Source: an uncultured Alphaproteobacteria bacterium (GTDB lineage Bacteria; Pseudomonadota; Alphaproteobacteria; Rhizobiales; Xanthobacteraceae). Taken from it: a stretch of DNA of 64,000 nt. The translations under genes and the position numbers were made by a program. The notes under the pieces were generated by a model. That model was not told where the DNA came from, did not search any database, and saw only the letters and a list, made by a program, of their open reading frames with translations. Below, piece by piece: positions 20,149-30,962 of this stretch. The stretch is taken from contig CAWEAS010000012.1 in the NCBI GenBank assembly GCA_963807015.1, positions 143,277-207,276 of the forward strand, given 5' to 3'. How positions within the stretch are numbered: position 1 is the first letter of the stretch; each line of letters starts with the position of its first letter.

Positions 20149-23100
20149 ATGAGCCCGTCACGGCCGTTTATCCTGCGACCGGTGGCGACAACGCTGCTGA
20201 TGATCGCGATTATGCTATCGGGCTTCGTAGCGTACCGATTTCTGCCGCTCGCTGCGCTGCCGGAAGTCGATTATCCGACGATCCAGGTACAGACTTTCTA
20301 TCCCGGGGCAAGTCCCGACGTTATGACTTCCTCGGTCACGGCGCCCCTCGAGGTCCAGTTCGGGCAAATGCCGGCGCTGAACCAAATGAGTTCGGCAAGT
20401 TCGGCCGGTTCGTCGGTTATCACCCTTCAATTCAGTCTCAATCTCAGCCTAGACGTCGCCGAGCAGGAGGTGCAGGCCGCCATCAACGCCGCCGGCAACC
20501 TACTCCCGTCCGACCTTCCGGCGCCGCCGATCTACGCGAAAGTAAATCCCGCGGACGCGCCGATTCTGACCCTGGCGCTGCGGTCGGACACGCTGCCCCT
20601 GCCGCAGGTTGAAGACCTCGCGGACACAAGGCTCGCGATGAAGCTGTCCCAGCTTCCGGGCGTTGGTCTTGTGAGCATCAGCGGCGGCCAGAGGCCGGCG
20701 GTCCGCATCCAGGCCGACCTGCGCAAGCTTGCCGCCTATGGGCTCAACATCGACGACCTGCGCACAACTCTTGGGAACGCCAACGTCAACACGCCTAAAG
20801 GCAACTTCGATGGTCCAATGCGCGCGTCGACCATCAACGCCAACGATCAACTGATGACCGCTGCGGAATACCGCAACCTGGTGATCGCCTACAAGAACGG
20901 ATCACCGGTTCGATTGAGCGACGTTGCAAACGCGATCGACGGTGCCCAAAACGACAAGCTCGCTGCTTGGATGAACATGACCCCGGCGGTCATCCTCAAT
21001 GTTCAGCGGCAACCGGGCGCCAACGTCATCGAAGTGGTCGACAACATCAAATCACTGCTGCCGCAGCTCACAGCCTCGTTGCCGGCGGCCGTCGACGTGT
21101 CGATCCTCACTGACCGCACTGTGACGATAAGGGCGTCGGTCGAGGACGTCGAATTCGAACTGATGCTCGCCGTCATCCTCGTGGTGTTGGTGATCTTCGT
21201 ATTCTTGCGCAGTGCCCGCGCGACCATCATCCCGAGCCTTTCGGTGCCATTGTCGCTGGTCGGTACGTTCGGCGCGATGTACATGCTTGGCTTCAGCCTC
21301 AACAACCTTTCGCTGATGGCACTGACGATTTCGTCGGGCTTCGTCGTCGACGACGCCATCGTCGTCATCGAGAATATTTCCCGCTACATCGAGGAAGGCG
21401 AATCCCCGCTCGAGGCTGCGTTGCGCGGTTCCGAGCAGATCGGGTTTACGATTATCTCGCTGACGATTTCGTTGATCGCAGTGCTCATTCCGCTGCTGTT
21501 CATGGGCGACGTGGTCGGCCGCCTGTTCCGCGAATTTGCGATCACGCTTGCAGTCACGATCCTGATCTCCGCCGTTGTCTCGCTGACGCTTGTTCCGATG
21601 GCGTGCGCGAAGCTGCTCAAGCCGGCGGCCGAGGAGCACGAGAACGCATTCCAGCGGCGGACAAGGCTGTGGTTCGATGCCCTCATCGACGGCTACGCCG
21701 TGCTGCTGCGGTACGTACTCGATCGGCAGACTGCGACTCTGATCGTGGCCGTGGGCACCGTGGTACTGACGGCATGGCTCTATGTGATCATCCCGAAGGG
21801 CTTTTTCCCGGTGCAGGACACCGGTCTGATCCAAGGTATTACCGAGGCGCCGCAATGGATCTCGTTTTCGGCCATGGCCGAACGGCAACGTTCTCTTGCC
21901 GCGGTCATTCTGAAGGATCAGGACGTTGCCAGCTTGTCCTCGTTCATCGGCGTGGACGGCACCAACATCACCCTCAACAGCGGCCGTTTGCTCATCAATC
22001 TTAAACCGCATGATGAGCGCACGGCCGACATCAGCACGATCGTACGGCGTATCACCAAGGCAACAGAGTCGGTGGAGGGCATCTCGCTCTATTTGCAGCC
22101 GGTGCAGGACCTGGCGATCGACGACGCCGTGAGCCGCACCCAATATCAATTCTCGATGGAGGACGCCAATCCCGACGAGCTTGGAGTTTGGGCGCCTCGC
22201 CTCGTCGACAAGCTTAATTCGATGCCGCAGTTTTCGCAGGTGTCGAGTGACATCGCGGCTTACGGGTTGACCGCGTACGTCGATATCGACCGTGACACAG
22301 CCGGCCGCTTCGGCATTACGCCGGCAACCATCGATAACGCGCTTTATGACTCGTTCGGCCAGCGGATCGTTTCAACCATCTTCACCAATTCGAACCAGTA
22401 CCGCGTCATTCTCGAGACCGATCCGAAGCTGCAGGCCTCGCTCGAACTCGTTTGGCGCCATCTACGTGCCGACCTCCACCGGCACCGGGCAGGTGCCCCT
22501 GTCGGTCGTCGCGAAGGTGCGCGAAACCGTTTCGCCTCTGCGCATCGATCATCTGGGTCAGTTTCCGTCGACCGCGATTTCCTTCAATCTGGCGCCCGGC
22601 GCCTCATTGGGCGAGGCCGTCGATGGGATACGACAAGCGCGGCAAGAGATCGGTCTTCCGGTCAGCGCCAATATACGGTTGCAGGGCGCGGCGCTCGCCT
22701 TCCAAAAGTCACTCGCCAATGAGTTGCTGCTGATTCTGGCTGCGATCGTCACGGTCTATATTGTGCTGGGTGTCCTGTACGAAAGCTTCGTGCATCCGGT
22801 CACCATTCTCTCGACATTGCCGTCGGCGGGAATCGGCGCACTGCTCGCGCTCATGCTTGCAGACGATGACCTCACGATCATCGCGATCATCGGCATCATC
22901 CTGCTGATCGGCATCGTCAAAAAGAACGCGATCATGATGATCGACTTCGCGCTCGACGCCCAACGTAGTGAGGGCAAATCGCCGCGCGAAGCCATTTATC
23001 AAGCCTGCCTCCTCCGGTTCCGGCCGATTTTGATGACCACGATGGCGGCCGTGCTGGGTGCGCTGCCGCTGATGATAGGCACCGGCGTAGGATCGGAGCT

Positions 23101-23266
23101 GCGTCATCCCCTCGGCATTTCGATCGTCGGTGGCCTGTTGGTTAGCCAAGTCCTGACCCTATTCACCACGCCCGTGATCTACCTGTGGTTCGATCGCCTG
23201 CAGTCGCGGTATTTTAACATCGACGACACCATGCGCGACGCCGAACAGGGGAGCCCGGCGGAATGA
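20149..23266 (+). CDS. mdtB: RND multidrug efflux permease MdtB-like, apparent frameshift near 22444-22450
   Basis: N-terminus [23 protein letters not shown]. The C-terminal third continues in the +1 frame (track ORF 22292..23266: [22 protein letters not shown]...). Removing one A from GAACTCG restores ...[15 protein letters not shown]. Confidence 0.8.
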
Positions 23267-26200
23267 ATCCGTCGACCCCATTCATCCGCAGGCCTGTCGC
23301 GACGATCCTGCTCACCTTTGGGGTCGCCGCCGCTGGTATGGTCGCATTCTTTCAGCTCCCGGTGTCGCCGCTACCGCAAGTCGATTATCCGACGATCTCG
23401 GTGCAGGCTCAGCTACCTGGGGCGAGCCCGGACGTTGTGGCGACCACGGTCGCCACTCCACTCGAACGCCATCTTGGCCAAATCGCCGACGTAACCGAGA
23501 TGACATCATCGAGCACAGTGGGCTCGACCCGCATCAACCTGCAATTTGGTCTCAATCGCGACATCAACGGTGCGGCTCGCGACGTACAGGCAGCGATCAA
23601 TGCAGCCCACGCCGACCTGCCGACCAGCCTGCGGACCAACCCGACCTATAAGAAGGTCAATCCCGCGGACGCTCCGATTCTCATCATAGCGCTTACCTCC
23701 GACACCCTTCGGCCCGGAGAGTTGTACGACGCGGCATCGACCGTGCTGTCGCAAAAGCTGTCCCAGATCGAAGGCATCGGCGAAGTCACAGTCGGCGGCA
23801 GCTCTCTCCCGGCCGTGCGGGTGGAGCTAAACCCGCATGCGCTCTTCAAATACGGCATAGGATTGGAGGATATCCGCGCCGCTCTTGCCTCCGCCAATGC
23901 GCATAGTCCCAAAGGGTCGATCGAAGTCGGCGATAAGCATTACCAAATTTACGACAACGACCAAGCAAACGTCGCTGATCAATATCGACCGCTGGTCGTC
24001 GCCTATCGCAACGGCGCGGCGGTTCGGCTTGCGGACGTTGGCGAGGTAACGGATTCGGTCGAGAACATCCGCAATGCTGGAATTTCCAACGGCAAGCCTT
24101 CGGTCTTGGTGATCCTCTATCGCGCGCCGGGCGCCAACATCATCGACACCGTCGACCGGGTCATGGCGCTCCTGCCGCAACTCAAAGCGTCGATCTCGCC
24201 AGCAATTGACCTCCTTCCGGCGGTGGACCGCTCGATCACGATCCGCGCTTCGCTTCAGGAGGTCGAGCGCACGCTGATGATCTCCGTTGTCCTCGTGATC
24301 ATTGTGACGTTCTTATTCCTGCGCAACGTGCGCGCGACCTTGGTGCCCAGCATCGCCGTGCCGGTATCGCTCATCGGCACGTTCGCCATCATGTATCTGC
24401 TTGGTTACAGCCTCGACAACATCTCGCTGATGGCGCTCACTGTCGCTACCGGCTTTGTGGTCGATGACGCGATTGTCGTGCTCGAAAATGTATCGCGCCA
24501 CATCGAGGCCGGGATGTCGCGCGTGCAGGCGGCCATCAAGGGGGCTGGCGAGGTTTGCTTTACCGTCATGTCGATGAGCATTTCCCTCATCGCGGTCTTC
24601 ATTCCAATTCTGTTGATGGGCGGAATCGTCGGACGCTTGTTCCGCGAGTTTGCGGTAACGCTTTCGGTGTCGATCATGGTGTCGCTCGCCGTATCGCTCG
24701 CGACAACGCCGATGATGTGTGCCCTGCTGCTTAAGCGCCAGGAGCACGGTCACGAAAGTCGATTTCAGCGAGTCAGCGAAGGCATCTTCGATGCGATGCT
24801 GCGGGGCTATGACCGTACATTGCGCTGGGCGCTCGACCACCCACTCCTTGTCGTGCTGACTTTGTTTGCGACGATCGCGGTCAATGTTCTTCTCTACATT
24901 GAGGTGCCGAAGGGCATTTTTCCCCAGCAGGATACCGGCCGAATTGTCGGAAACATTCAGGCCGACCAGAGCATCTCCTTCCAGCTGATGCGGCAAAAGA
25001 TGCAGCAGTTCCAGGAGATCGTGCGGCAGGATCCGGCGATCGACACCGTGGTCGGCTTCACCGGGGGTGGGCAGACCAACGCCGGATTTTTTTTCATATC
25101 GCTCAAGCCGATGAGCCAGCGTGACGTCTCCGCCGATCAGGTGATCGCGCGACTGCGCGGCAAGCTCGCCCAAGTTCCCGGCGCGACACTTTTCCTGCGG
25201 GCAGTCCAGGACATCAATATCGGCGGGCGCGCTGCGAACGCGCTCTATCAGTACACGCTCCAGGCCGATTCCGTGAATGATCTCTTTACGTGGGCGCCGC
25301 GCGTATTGGCCGCGATGCAGCAAATGCCGGAGCTGGTCGACGTCAATTACGATCAGCAGAACAAGGGTCTCGAAACCGATCTGGAAATCGACCGGGACAC
25401 TGCGGCGCGGCTCGGCATCACCGTCGCGCAAATCGACAACACGCTTTATGACGCCTACGGGCAGCGGCAAGTCTCGACGATCTACAATGCGCGCAACCAG
25501 TATCACGTCATTATGGAGGTCGCCCCCCAGTACTGGCAAAACCCGGAAGTGCTTGACGACGTATTCGTCAGCAAAGCCGGCGGCACCGTGGGCGGCACCC
25601 AAGGAACTCAGGCGGTCGCCGGCACTGTAACGGGCTCGAGCACGGCGTCGACGGCGGCGACGGTCGCCGCTGACGCCGCACGCAATCTGGCGCTCAACTC
25701 CATTGGCAATACCGGCAAGGGCACGGCTTCGACCGGCGCTGCGGTCAGTACCAGCGCCGAATCCATGGTGCCGCTCTCGGCAGTCAGTCATTTCAAGCCT
25801 GGCAGCATACCTCTTGCGGTCAATCACCAGGGCTTGTTCGTCGCTACCACGATCTCATTCAACCTACCGGTGGGCCGATCACTCGGGGATGCCGTCACTG
25901 CCGTCAATCAAATGATGACCCGGATCGGCGCGCCGGCGTCGGTCAGGGGCAGTTTTCAGGGCACGGCCCGGGTCTTCGAGCAGTCGCTTCGAAATGAGCC
26001 CTATCTGATCCTGGCCGCTCTCATCGCCGTCTACATCGTCCTCGGCGTACTTTACGAGAGCTACATCCATCCGATCACCATCTTGTCGACTTTACCGTCA
26101 GCCGGTGTGGGCGCCGTTCTCGCGCTCATCGTCTGCAACACGGAGTTTAGCCTCATCAGCTTGATTGGGGTCATTCTGCTGATCGGACTCGTCAAGAAGA

Positions 26201-26553
26201 ACGCAATTATGATGATCGACTTTGCGCTTGAAGCGCAGCGCTCGCGCCGACTCAGTTCGCACCAGGCGATCTACGAAGCGTGCCTGTTGCGTTTCCGGCC
26301 CATCATGATGACAACGAATGCAGCGCTGTTCGGCGCCTTGCCGCTCGCGATCGGCTTCGGAGACGGCAGTGAATTGCGGCGGCCGCTCGGCATCTCGATC
26401 GTCGGCGGCTTGATCCTGAGCCAGATGCTGACGCTCTATACCACGCCCGTAATTTACCTCTATCTCGACCGTTTTGGACACTGGGTGCGCGACATGCTTC
26501 ACCGCGAGCGGCCCCGCTCCTTGCCCAATGCCCCGCTGGTACCCGGCGAATGA
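23263..26553 (+). CDS. mdtC: RND multidrug efflux permease MdtC-like (with a ~70-aa G/T/A/S-rich insertion)
   Basis: N-terminus [33 protein letters not shown]. 1096 aa. ATGA overlap with the mdtB stop. Low-complexity insert [61 protein letters not shown]. Confidence 0.85.
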   Translation: MNPSTPFIRRPVATILLTFGVAAAGMVAFFQLPVSPLPQVDYPTISVQAQLPGASPDVVATTVATPLERHLGQIADVTEMTSSSTVGSTRINLQFGLNRDINGAARDVQAAINAAHADLPTSLRTNPTYKKVNPADAPILIIALTSDTLRPGELYDAASTVLSQKLSQIEGIGEVTVGGSSLPAVRVELNPHALFKYGIGLEDIRAALASANAHSPKGSIEVGDKHYQIYDNDQANVADQYRPLVVAYRNGAAVRLADVGEVTDSVENIRNAGISNGKPSVLVILYRAPGANIIDTVDRVMALLPQLKASISPAIDLLPAVDRSITIRASLQEVERTLMISVVLVIIVTFLFLRNVRATLVPSIAVPVSLIGTFAIMYLLGYSLDNISLMALTVATGFVVDDAIVVLENVSRHIEAGMSRVQAAIKGAGEVCFTVMSMSISLIAVFIPILLMGGIVGRLFREFAVTLSVSIMVSLAVSLATTPMMCALLLKRQEHGHESRFQRVSEGIFDAMLRGYDRTLRWALDHPLLVVLTLFATIAVNVLLYIEVPKGIFPQQDTGRIVGNIQADQSISFQLMRQKMQQFQEIVRQDPAIDTVVGFTGGGQTNAGFFFISLKPMSQRDVSADQVIARLRGKLAQVPGATLFLRAVQDINIGGRAANALYQYTLQADSVNDLFTWAPRVLAAMQQMPELVDVNYDQQNKGLETDLEIDRDTAARLGITVAQIDNTLYDAYGQRQVSTIYNARNQYHVIMEVAPQYWQNPEVLDDVFVSKAGGTVGGTQGTQAVAGTVTGSSTASTAATVAADAARNLALNSIGNTGKGTASTGAAVSTSAESMVPLSAVSHFKPGSIPLAVNHQGLFVATTISFNLPVGRSLGDAVTAVNQMMTRIGAPASVRGSFQGTARVFEQSLRNEPYLILAALIAVYIVLGVLYESYIHPITILSTLPSAGVGAVLALIVCNTEFSLISLIGVILLIGLVKKNAIMMIDFALEAQRSRRLSSHQAIYEACLLRFRPIMMTTNAALFGALPLAIGFGDGSELRRPLGISIVGGLILSQMLTLYTTPVIYLYLDRFGHWVRDMLHRERPRSLPNAPLVPGE

Positions 26554-26851
26554 ACAAAAAAGCGGGTGTACCCTGCTCGATCAAAGCACAGTCATGTGTT
26601 GCCTCATCACAACAGCAGGCCAAAATCGCTGCCGCCGCGGCGACAATGGAGTGCTTTCCGTCTACGCTGGGCGGCTTCCGAAAGGCGGAGCACGCGAATT
26701 GTTCGGTGCCGATCATGTGATTGCCACCAACGGTGCAGTTCGATTTGGGAAAAATATTTCGGTAGGACAATTGACCCCAAAGCGGGGTCGGGCGGTGTCA
26801 AACTCCGGCTTCGCGCAAGAGGCTGGATACGATGTGCGGCGGGGGAGTGGG

Positions 26852-28351
26852 ATGCGTCGGTACCAACGGGACATCCGCCCTTGCGGGGCCCCGCGTACGA
26901 GAGGTGCGCGCGCAGCGCGAGCGGTGGGAATGTGCGCCCTCGCGCTCGTGCTGACGGGCTGCCTCGAAACCGACCGGCCAAGCCTGAGCCTCGACATCCC
27001 GGAGCGTTATCAGCAGGCACAGGGCGCGCCCGAGGCGGCCGTACCGCAACTCGATTGGTGGCGCAGCTTTCGCTCACCCGAATTGACATCATTGATGGAG
27101 CAGGCGAGCGTCGCCAACTTCGATATTGCGGTCGCTATTGCCCAAATCGTTCAGGCGGATGCTCAGGTGCGCATCGCGGGCGCGCCGCTCCTGCCGACCC
27201 TTGATTTCACCCCAAGCGACACAGTCAGCAAAGCATCGCAACAGCTCAGCAGCGGCTCGGTGGGAAGCGGAGGAAGAACCGGCGGCAGCACCGGCTCCCC
27301 CTTCAGCAGGCTCTATAACAACTCCCTGACGGCAAGCTATATCGTCGACTTCTGGGGCAAGAACCGCGCGGCCATGGATGCCGCCGTCGAGACCTCGGTC
27401 GCAAGCCGTTTCAACCGCGAGGTCGTGGCTCTCACGACACTCTCCACCGTAGCCAACACCTATTTCAACATCTTGGGTGCAGAGGATCGGCTGCGGATCG
27501 CGCGCCGCAACCTTAACGACGCCAGCCGTATTCTCTTTCTGATCAGGCAGCAATTCGGCGCTGGAACCGCCTCGGACCTAAACCTCGCGCAGCAGGAGGC
27601 TTTGGTCGAGCAGGTGCGTGCTGCCATTCCCCCGCTCGAAGAGATTCGATTGCAGAACACCGCCGCCCTCGCGGTCCTCGTCGGCAAGCCGCCCGAGCGG
27701 TTCGGCACCCGCAGCAAAGGTATGGCATCGATTACGATCCCTCGCGTCACGCCGGGGTTGCCGTCCGAGATCCTCAACCGGCGACCGGATGTGCGCCAGG
27801 CCGAACAGCTGCTCAAATCTGCCGATTACAGTGTCGAGTCCGCGCGCGCCGCGTTTTTCCCGACGATCCAACTGACCGGGCAGCTCGGGTTCGAGAGTGC
27901 CGCGCTACGCGCCCTGTTCGGACCGGGAGCCTGGTTCTACACTGCCGCAGCAAGCCTGACGCAACCCATATTCGATGGCGGGATGTTGCTCGGCCAGTTG
28001 GAGTTGCAACGCGGTCTGCAGGCGCAATACCTGCAAGCCTACCGCAAATCGGTCCTGTCCGCCTTTTCCAACGTCGAGCAAGCCCTGATTGCGGTCGAGC
28101 AGACAACTGCAGCGGAAATCATTCAACAAAAGGTCGTCTCGAGCTCGCGCCGGGCCTTCGTTCTCTCTGAGCAGCAGATGACGGCGGGAACTGTCAACAT
28201 GGTGACGCTCCTGCAGGTTGAGCAGACGCTCTTCACCGCCGAGGATCAGCTTGCTCAGGATCGCCTCTCCCGCCTGCTCGCAGTCATCAGTCTTTTCCAA
28301 GCGCTCGGCGGCGGTTGGCCACCGCCCGCCATTCCGGGCGGCCCGGCATAG
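26852..28351 (+). CDS. efflux transporter outer membrane factor lipoprotein, NodT family
   Basis: Lipobox LVLTGC, two OEP repeats, and the C-terminal ALGGGW motif. GGGGGAG RBS before the ATG at 26852; alternative starts at 26924 or 26930. The track ORF start at 26474 is rejected. Confidence 0.75.
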   Translation: MRRYQRDIRPCGAPRTRGARAARAVGMCALALVLTGCLETDRPSLSLDIPERYQQAQGAPEAAVPQLDWWRSFRSPELTSLMEQASVANFDIAVAIAQIVQADAQVRIAGAPLLPTLDFTPSDTVSKASQQLSSGSVGSGGRTGGSTGSPFSRLYNNSLTASYIVDFWGKNRAAMDAAVETSVASRFNREVVALTTLSTVANTYFNILGAEDRLRIARRNLNDASRILFLIRQQFGAGTASDLNLAQQEALVEQVRAAIPPLEEIRLQNTAALAVLVGKPPERFGTRSKGMASITIPRVTPGLPSEILNRRPDVRQAEQLLKSADYSVESARAAFFPTIQLTGQLGFESAALRALFGPGAWFYTAAASLTQPIFDGGMLLGQLELQRGLQAQYLQAYRKSVLSAFSNVEQALIAVEQTTAAEIIQQKVVSSSRRAFVLSEQQMTAGTVNMVTLLQVEQTLFTAEDQLAQDRLSRLLAVISLFQALGGGWPPPAIPGGPA

Positions 28352-28515
28352 AATAGTCGTCCCTACCCGGAAGGGGGGGACCATTTGGCCAAACCTTAGC
28401 CCACTGCATCATCCTCTCCTCCTGCCACTGTTCTGCCGATCCTTGCGGCGTTCCGTGCTTTTCGTCATGCTGTGCACCGTGGCGTTTTACGCCGCCAAAG
28501 AGGGAGGAAAGCGAC

Positions 28516-29979
28516 ATGCACCACGACGCACGAACTGTGCGCGTCCGGAGCGCGCGCATCAAACGGCGCGACTTCATCGCAACTGCGGCAGCGTCACTCG
28601 TCGCCGCGGCCGGAGCGGGTCGCATCGGGACTTGGCCTGCTTTCGCCCAAGTCGGTGCCGAGCGGACGCTGCTCAAGGGCGGCGTGGTTCTCACCTTCGA
28701 TCCAGCAATCGGTGACTTCGAAAGAGCCGACGTCTTGATTGAAGGTCGCAGGATTGCGGCGGTTCAACCCAACATCTCCGCCACGGCGAACACGATTGAC
28801 GCTTCGCAGATGGTCGTGCTGCCGGGCTTTATCGACACGCATCATCATTTTTATCAGGGCGCGTTGCGCAACGTGCTGGCGAACGGACTGCTGTCGGATT
28901 ATTTCCGCGACATTTCGGGTGCTGCGACCGAACAATTTCGTCCGGAAGACGCCTATATCGGCAATCTGATCGGGGCGCTCCGCTCGATCGACGCCGGAAT
29001 CACGACGATCACTGATGTATCGCAGGTGTCGAACACACCCGCGCACAGCGACGCCTTGATCAAGGGCCTGAAGGATTCTGGCATCCGCGCGATCTATGGT
29101 TATTCGCGCGGCTCAGGTGCGGCCCAGAAATGGCCGGACGACGTTGAACGCCTGCAGAAGCAATATTTCTCGTCGTCCGACCAACTCGTCACACTCGCGC
29201 TCGGCACCGGCATCGACAAGGATCAATGGCTTGTCGCCCGAAAATATGGACTACGCATCTGGACCCACGTCGTCGGGGCGAATCGCGGACTTGGCCCGGA
29301 TCAGGTGATGAAGCTCGGTGATGCCGGGCTGATGGGACCCGACAACGTCTACATCCATTGGACAAACGGCACCGACGAGCAGATGCGCCGGGTCAAAGAC
29401 ACCGGCGGATGGCTCTCTATCGCCTGTCCGATCGAGATGGCGATGCGCCACGGCATGCCGCCGATCCAGCAGGCCCTCGATGCCGGCATCAGGCCAAGCC
29501 TGTCGAGCGATGTCGAGACGACGATGGCCGCCGATATGTTCACGCAGATGCGTTCCGTTTTCATCTTGCAACGTGCCCTCGTTAACGAGCGCTCGATCAA
29601 GGGCGAGCAGAATGTGCCGCCGCTTCTCACGTCGCGCGATCTCATCGAGTTTGCGACCGTGCAGGGCGCGCGCGCTGACGGCATGGACCGGAAGATTGGC
29701 ACCCTGACGCCAGGCAAGGAGGCCGACATCATCATGCTGCGGACCGATCTCACGAACACCCTCCCCTTTAATAACGCCTACGGTGCGATCGTCACGGCGA
29801 TGGACACCAGCAACGTGGATACGGTTTTCATCGCGGGGCAAGCAAAGAAGCGTAGCGGCAAGCTCGTTGGCGTCGATCTTCCCCATGTCCAACGCGAAGC
29901 GGCGGCCTCCCGCGATTATCTCGTCGGCAAGTTGGGCTGGCCTCGTTCCGTGATCGACACCAGCCGCTCAGGTCATTGA
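28516..29979 (+). CDS. amidohydrolase-family protein with twin-arginine signal peptide
   Basis: Tat motif RRDFIATAAAS. Metal-binding motif PGFIDTHHH. AGGGAGGA RBS. Confidence 0.75.
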   Translation: MHHDARTVRVRSARIKRRDFIATAAASLVAAAGAGRIGTWPAFAQVGAERTLLKGGVVLTFDPAIGDFERADVLIEGRRIAAVQPNISATANTIDASQMVVLPGFIDTHHHFYQGALRNVLANGLLSDYFRDISGAATEQFRPEDAYIGNLIGALRSIDAGITTITDVSQVSNTPAHSDALIKGLKDSGIRAIYGYSRGSGAAQKWPDDVERLQKQYFSSSDQLVTLALGTGIDKDQWLVARKYGLRIWTHVVGANRGLGPDQVMKLGDAGLMGPDNVYIHWTNGTDEQMRRVKDTGGWLSIACPIEMAMRHGMPPIQQALDAGIRPSLSSDVETTMAADMFTQMRSVFILQRALVNERSIKGEQNVPPLLTSRDLIEFATVQGARADGMDRKIGTLTPGKEADIIMLRTDLTNTLPFNNAYGAIVTAMDTSNVDTVFIAGQAKKRSGKLVGVDLPHVQREAAASRDYLVGKLGWPRSVIDTSRSGH

Positions 29980-30018
29980 CGTGATAGCGGCACACGTCGC
30001 CGTCAAAAAGGGACGATC

Positions 30019-30774
30019 ATGATCAGCAATGCGATCCGTCTGTTGGTGGGCCTCGTCGCCACTGCAACGCTAGTTGGTTTCGCGAACGGAGCCGAACTCA
30101 AAGTCATCGGCTCCCCGGGCACCCGTGCACCCTACACCTTGCTCATACCCGGTTTCGAGGACACAACCGGAAATAAGGTCACGACCAGCTGGGGTGGCGT
30201 TAACGAGATCACGAAGCGTGTTACTGACGGCGAAATCGCGGATGTCGTCATGCTTCCCGCGGCTCAGATCGATGAACTGATCAAGCTTGGCAAAATCGTT
30301 CCCGACACCCGAGTAGATGTGGCGCGCTCCGGCGTCGGCGTTGCCGTCCGCACCGGTACCCCGAAGATCGATATCAGTTCTGCCGAGTCCATCAAGAAGG
30401 TGCTGCTGGCGGCGAAATCGATCGCGTATTCCAGCGGGCCAAGCGGTATTTACATCGCCAGCTTGATCCGGAAATGGGGCATCGCTGATCAGGTCAAATC
30501 CAAGACCGTCGCTGTGGCGCCCAATACACCAATCGGCGAAGTCGTAGCACGTGGCGACGCCGAAATCGGCTTCCAACAGGTGAGTGAATTGCTGCCAGTT
30601 AAAGGCATTGATTATCTCGGGCCGCTGCCGCCGGAGCTACAGGCGATCACGACGTTTTCGGCCGGCGTCCACAAGCAAGCGGCCGCACCGGATGCTGCAC
30701 GCGCCCTATTGAAATTTATGACCGCGCCCGAGGCTGCTTCGATCATCCGCAAAACGGGGATGGAGCCCGGCTGA
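30019..30774 (+). CDS. ModA/WtpA-like periplasmic substrate-binding protein (orphan; no adjacent permease or ATPase)
   Basis: Signal peptide. PBP type-2 fold pattern similar to molybdate/tungstate-binding proteins. AAGGGA RBS. Confidence 0.55.
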   Translation: MISNAIRLLVGLVATATLVGFANGAELKVIGSPGTRAPYTLLIPGFEDTTGNKVTTSWGGVNEITKRVTDGEIADVVMLPAAQIDELIKLGKIVPDTRVDVARSGVGVAVRTGTPKIDISSAESIKKVLLAAKSIAYSSGPSGIYIASLIRKWGIADQVKSKTVAVAPNTPIGEVVARGDAEIGFQQVSELLPVKGIDYLGPLPPELQAITTFSAGVHKQAAAPDAARALLKFMTAPEAASIIRKTGMEPG

Positions 30775-30962
30775 TTTGCCGAGGCTTGAGTAGGCAAGGC
30801 CGATCGGCCCGTCGTGACACCATGAACCTGGCAGGCCGACACAGCGACTAATTTGGATCACCGGTCGCGCGGGGACCGGCAGACGCCACGTGATTTCGAT
30901 TGCGCCGATAGCGTCACGGCAGCGGCGCGGCGTCGTGCTGTTCATTCATGAGGATCAATCAC

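Noticed and set aside
21052-22149. 365-aa ORF on the minus strand inside mdtB, and similar long antisense ORFs (24313..25827 inside mdtC, 18616..19302 inside mdtA, 9731..10495 inside the MFS gene, 12041..13009 inside tolC, 400..885 inside the porin, 7650..8573 inside valS)
   Set aside because: All lie antisense to, or out of frame with, well-supported genes. They have Arg/Ala/Gly-rich junk composition typical of spurious ORFs in high-GC DNA.
26474-26851. N-terminal extension of the outer membrane factor ORF overlapping the mdtC 3' end
   Set aside because: No lipoprotein features until the lipobox LVLTGC. A strong RBS precedes the ATG at 26852.
29978-29998. Hairpin GACGTG-n9-CACGTC after the amidohydrolase gene as a terminator
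   Set aside because: Only a 6-bp stem overlapping the stop codon. Too weak to call.
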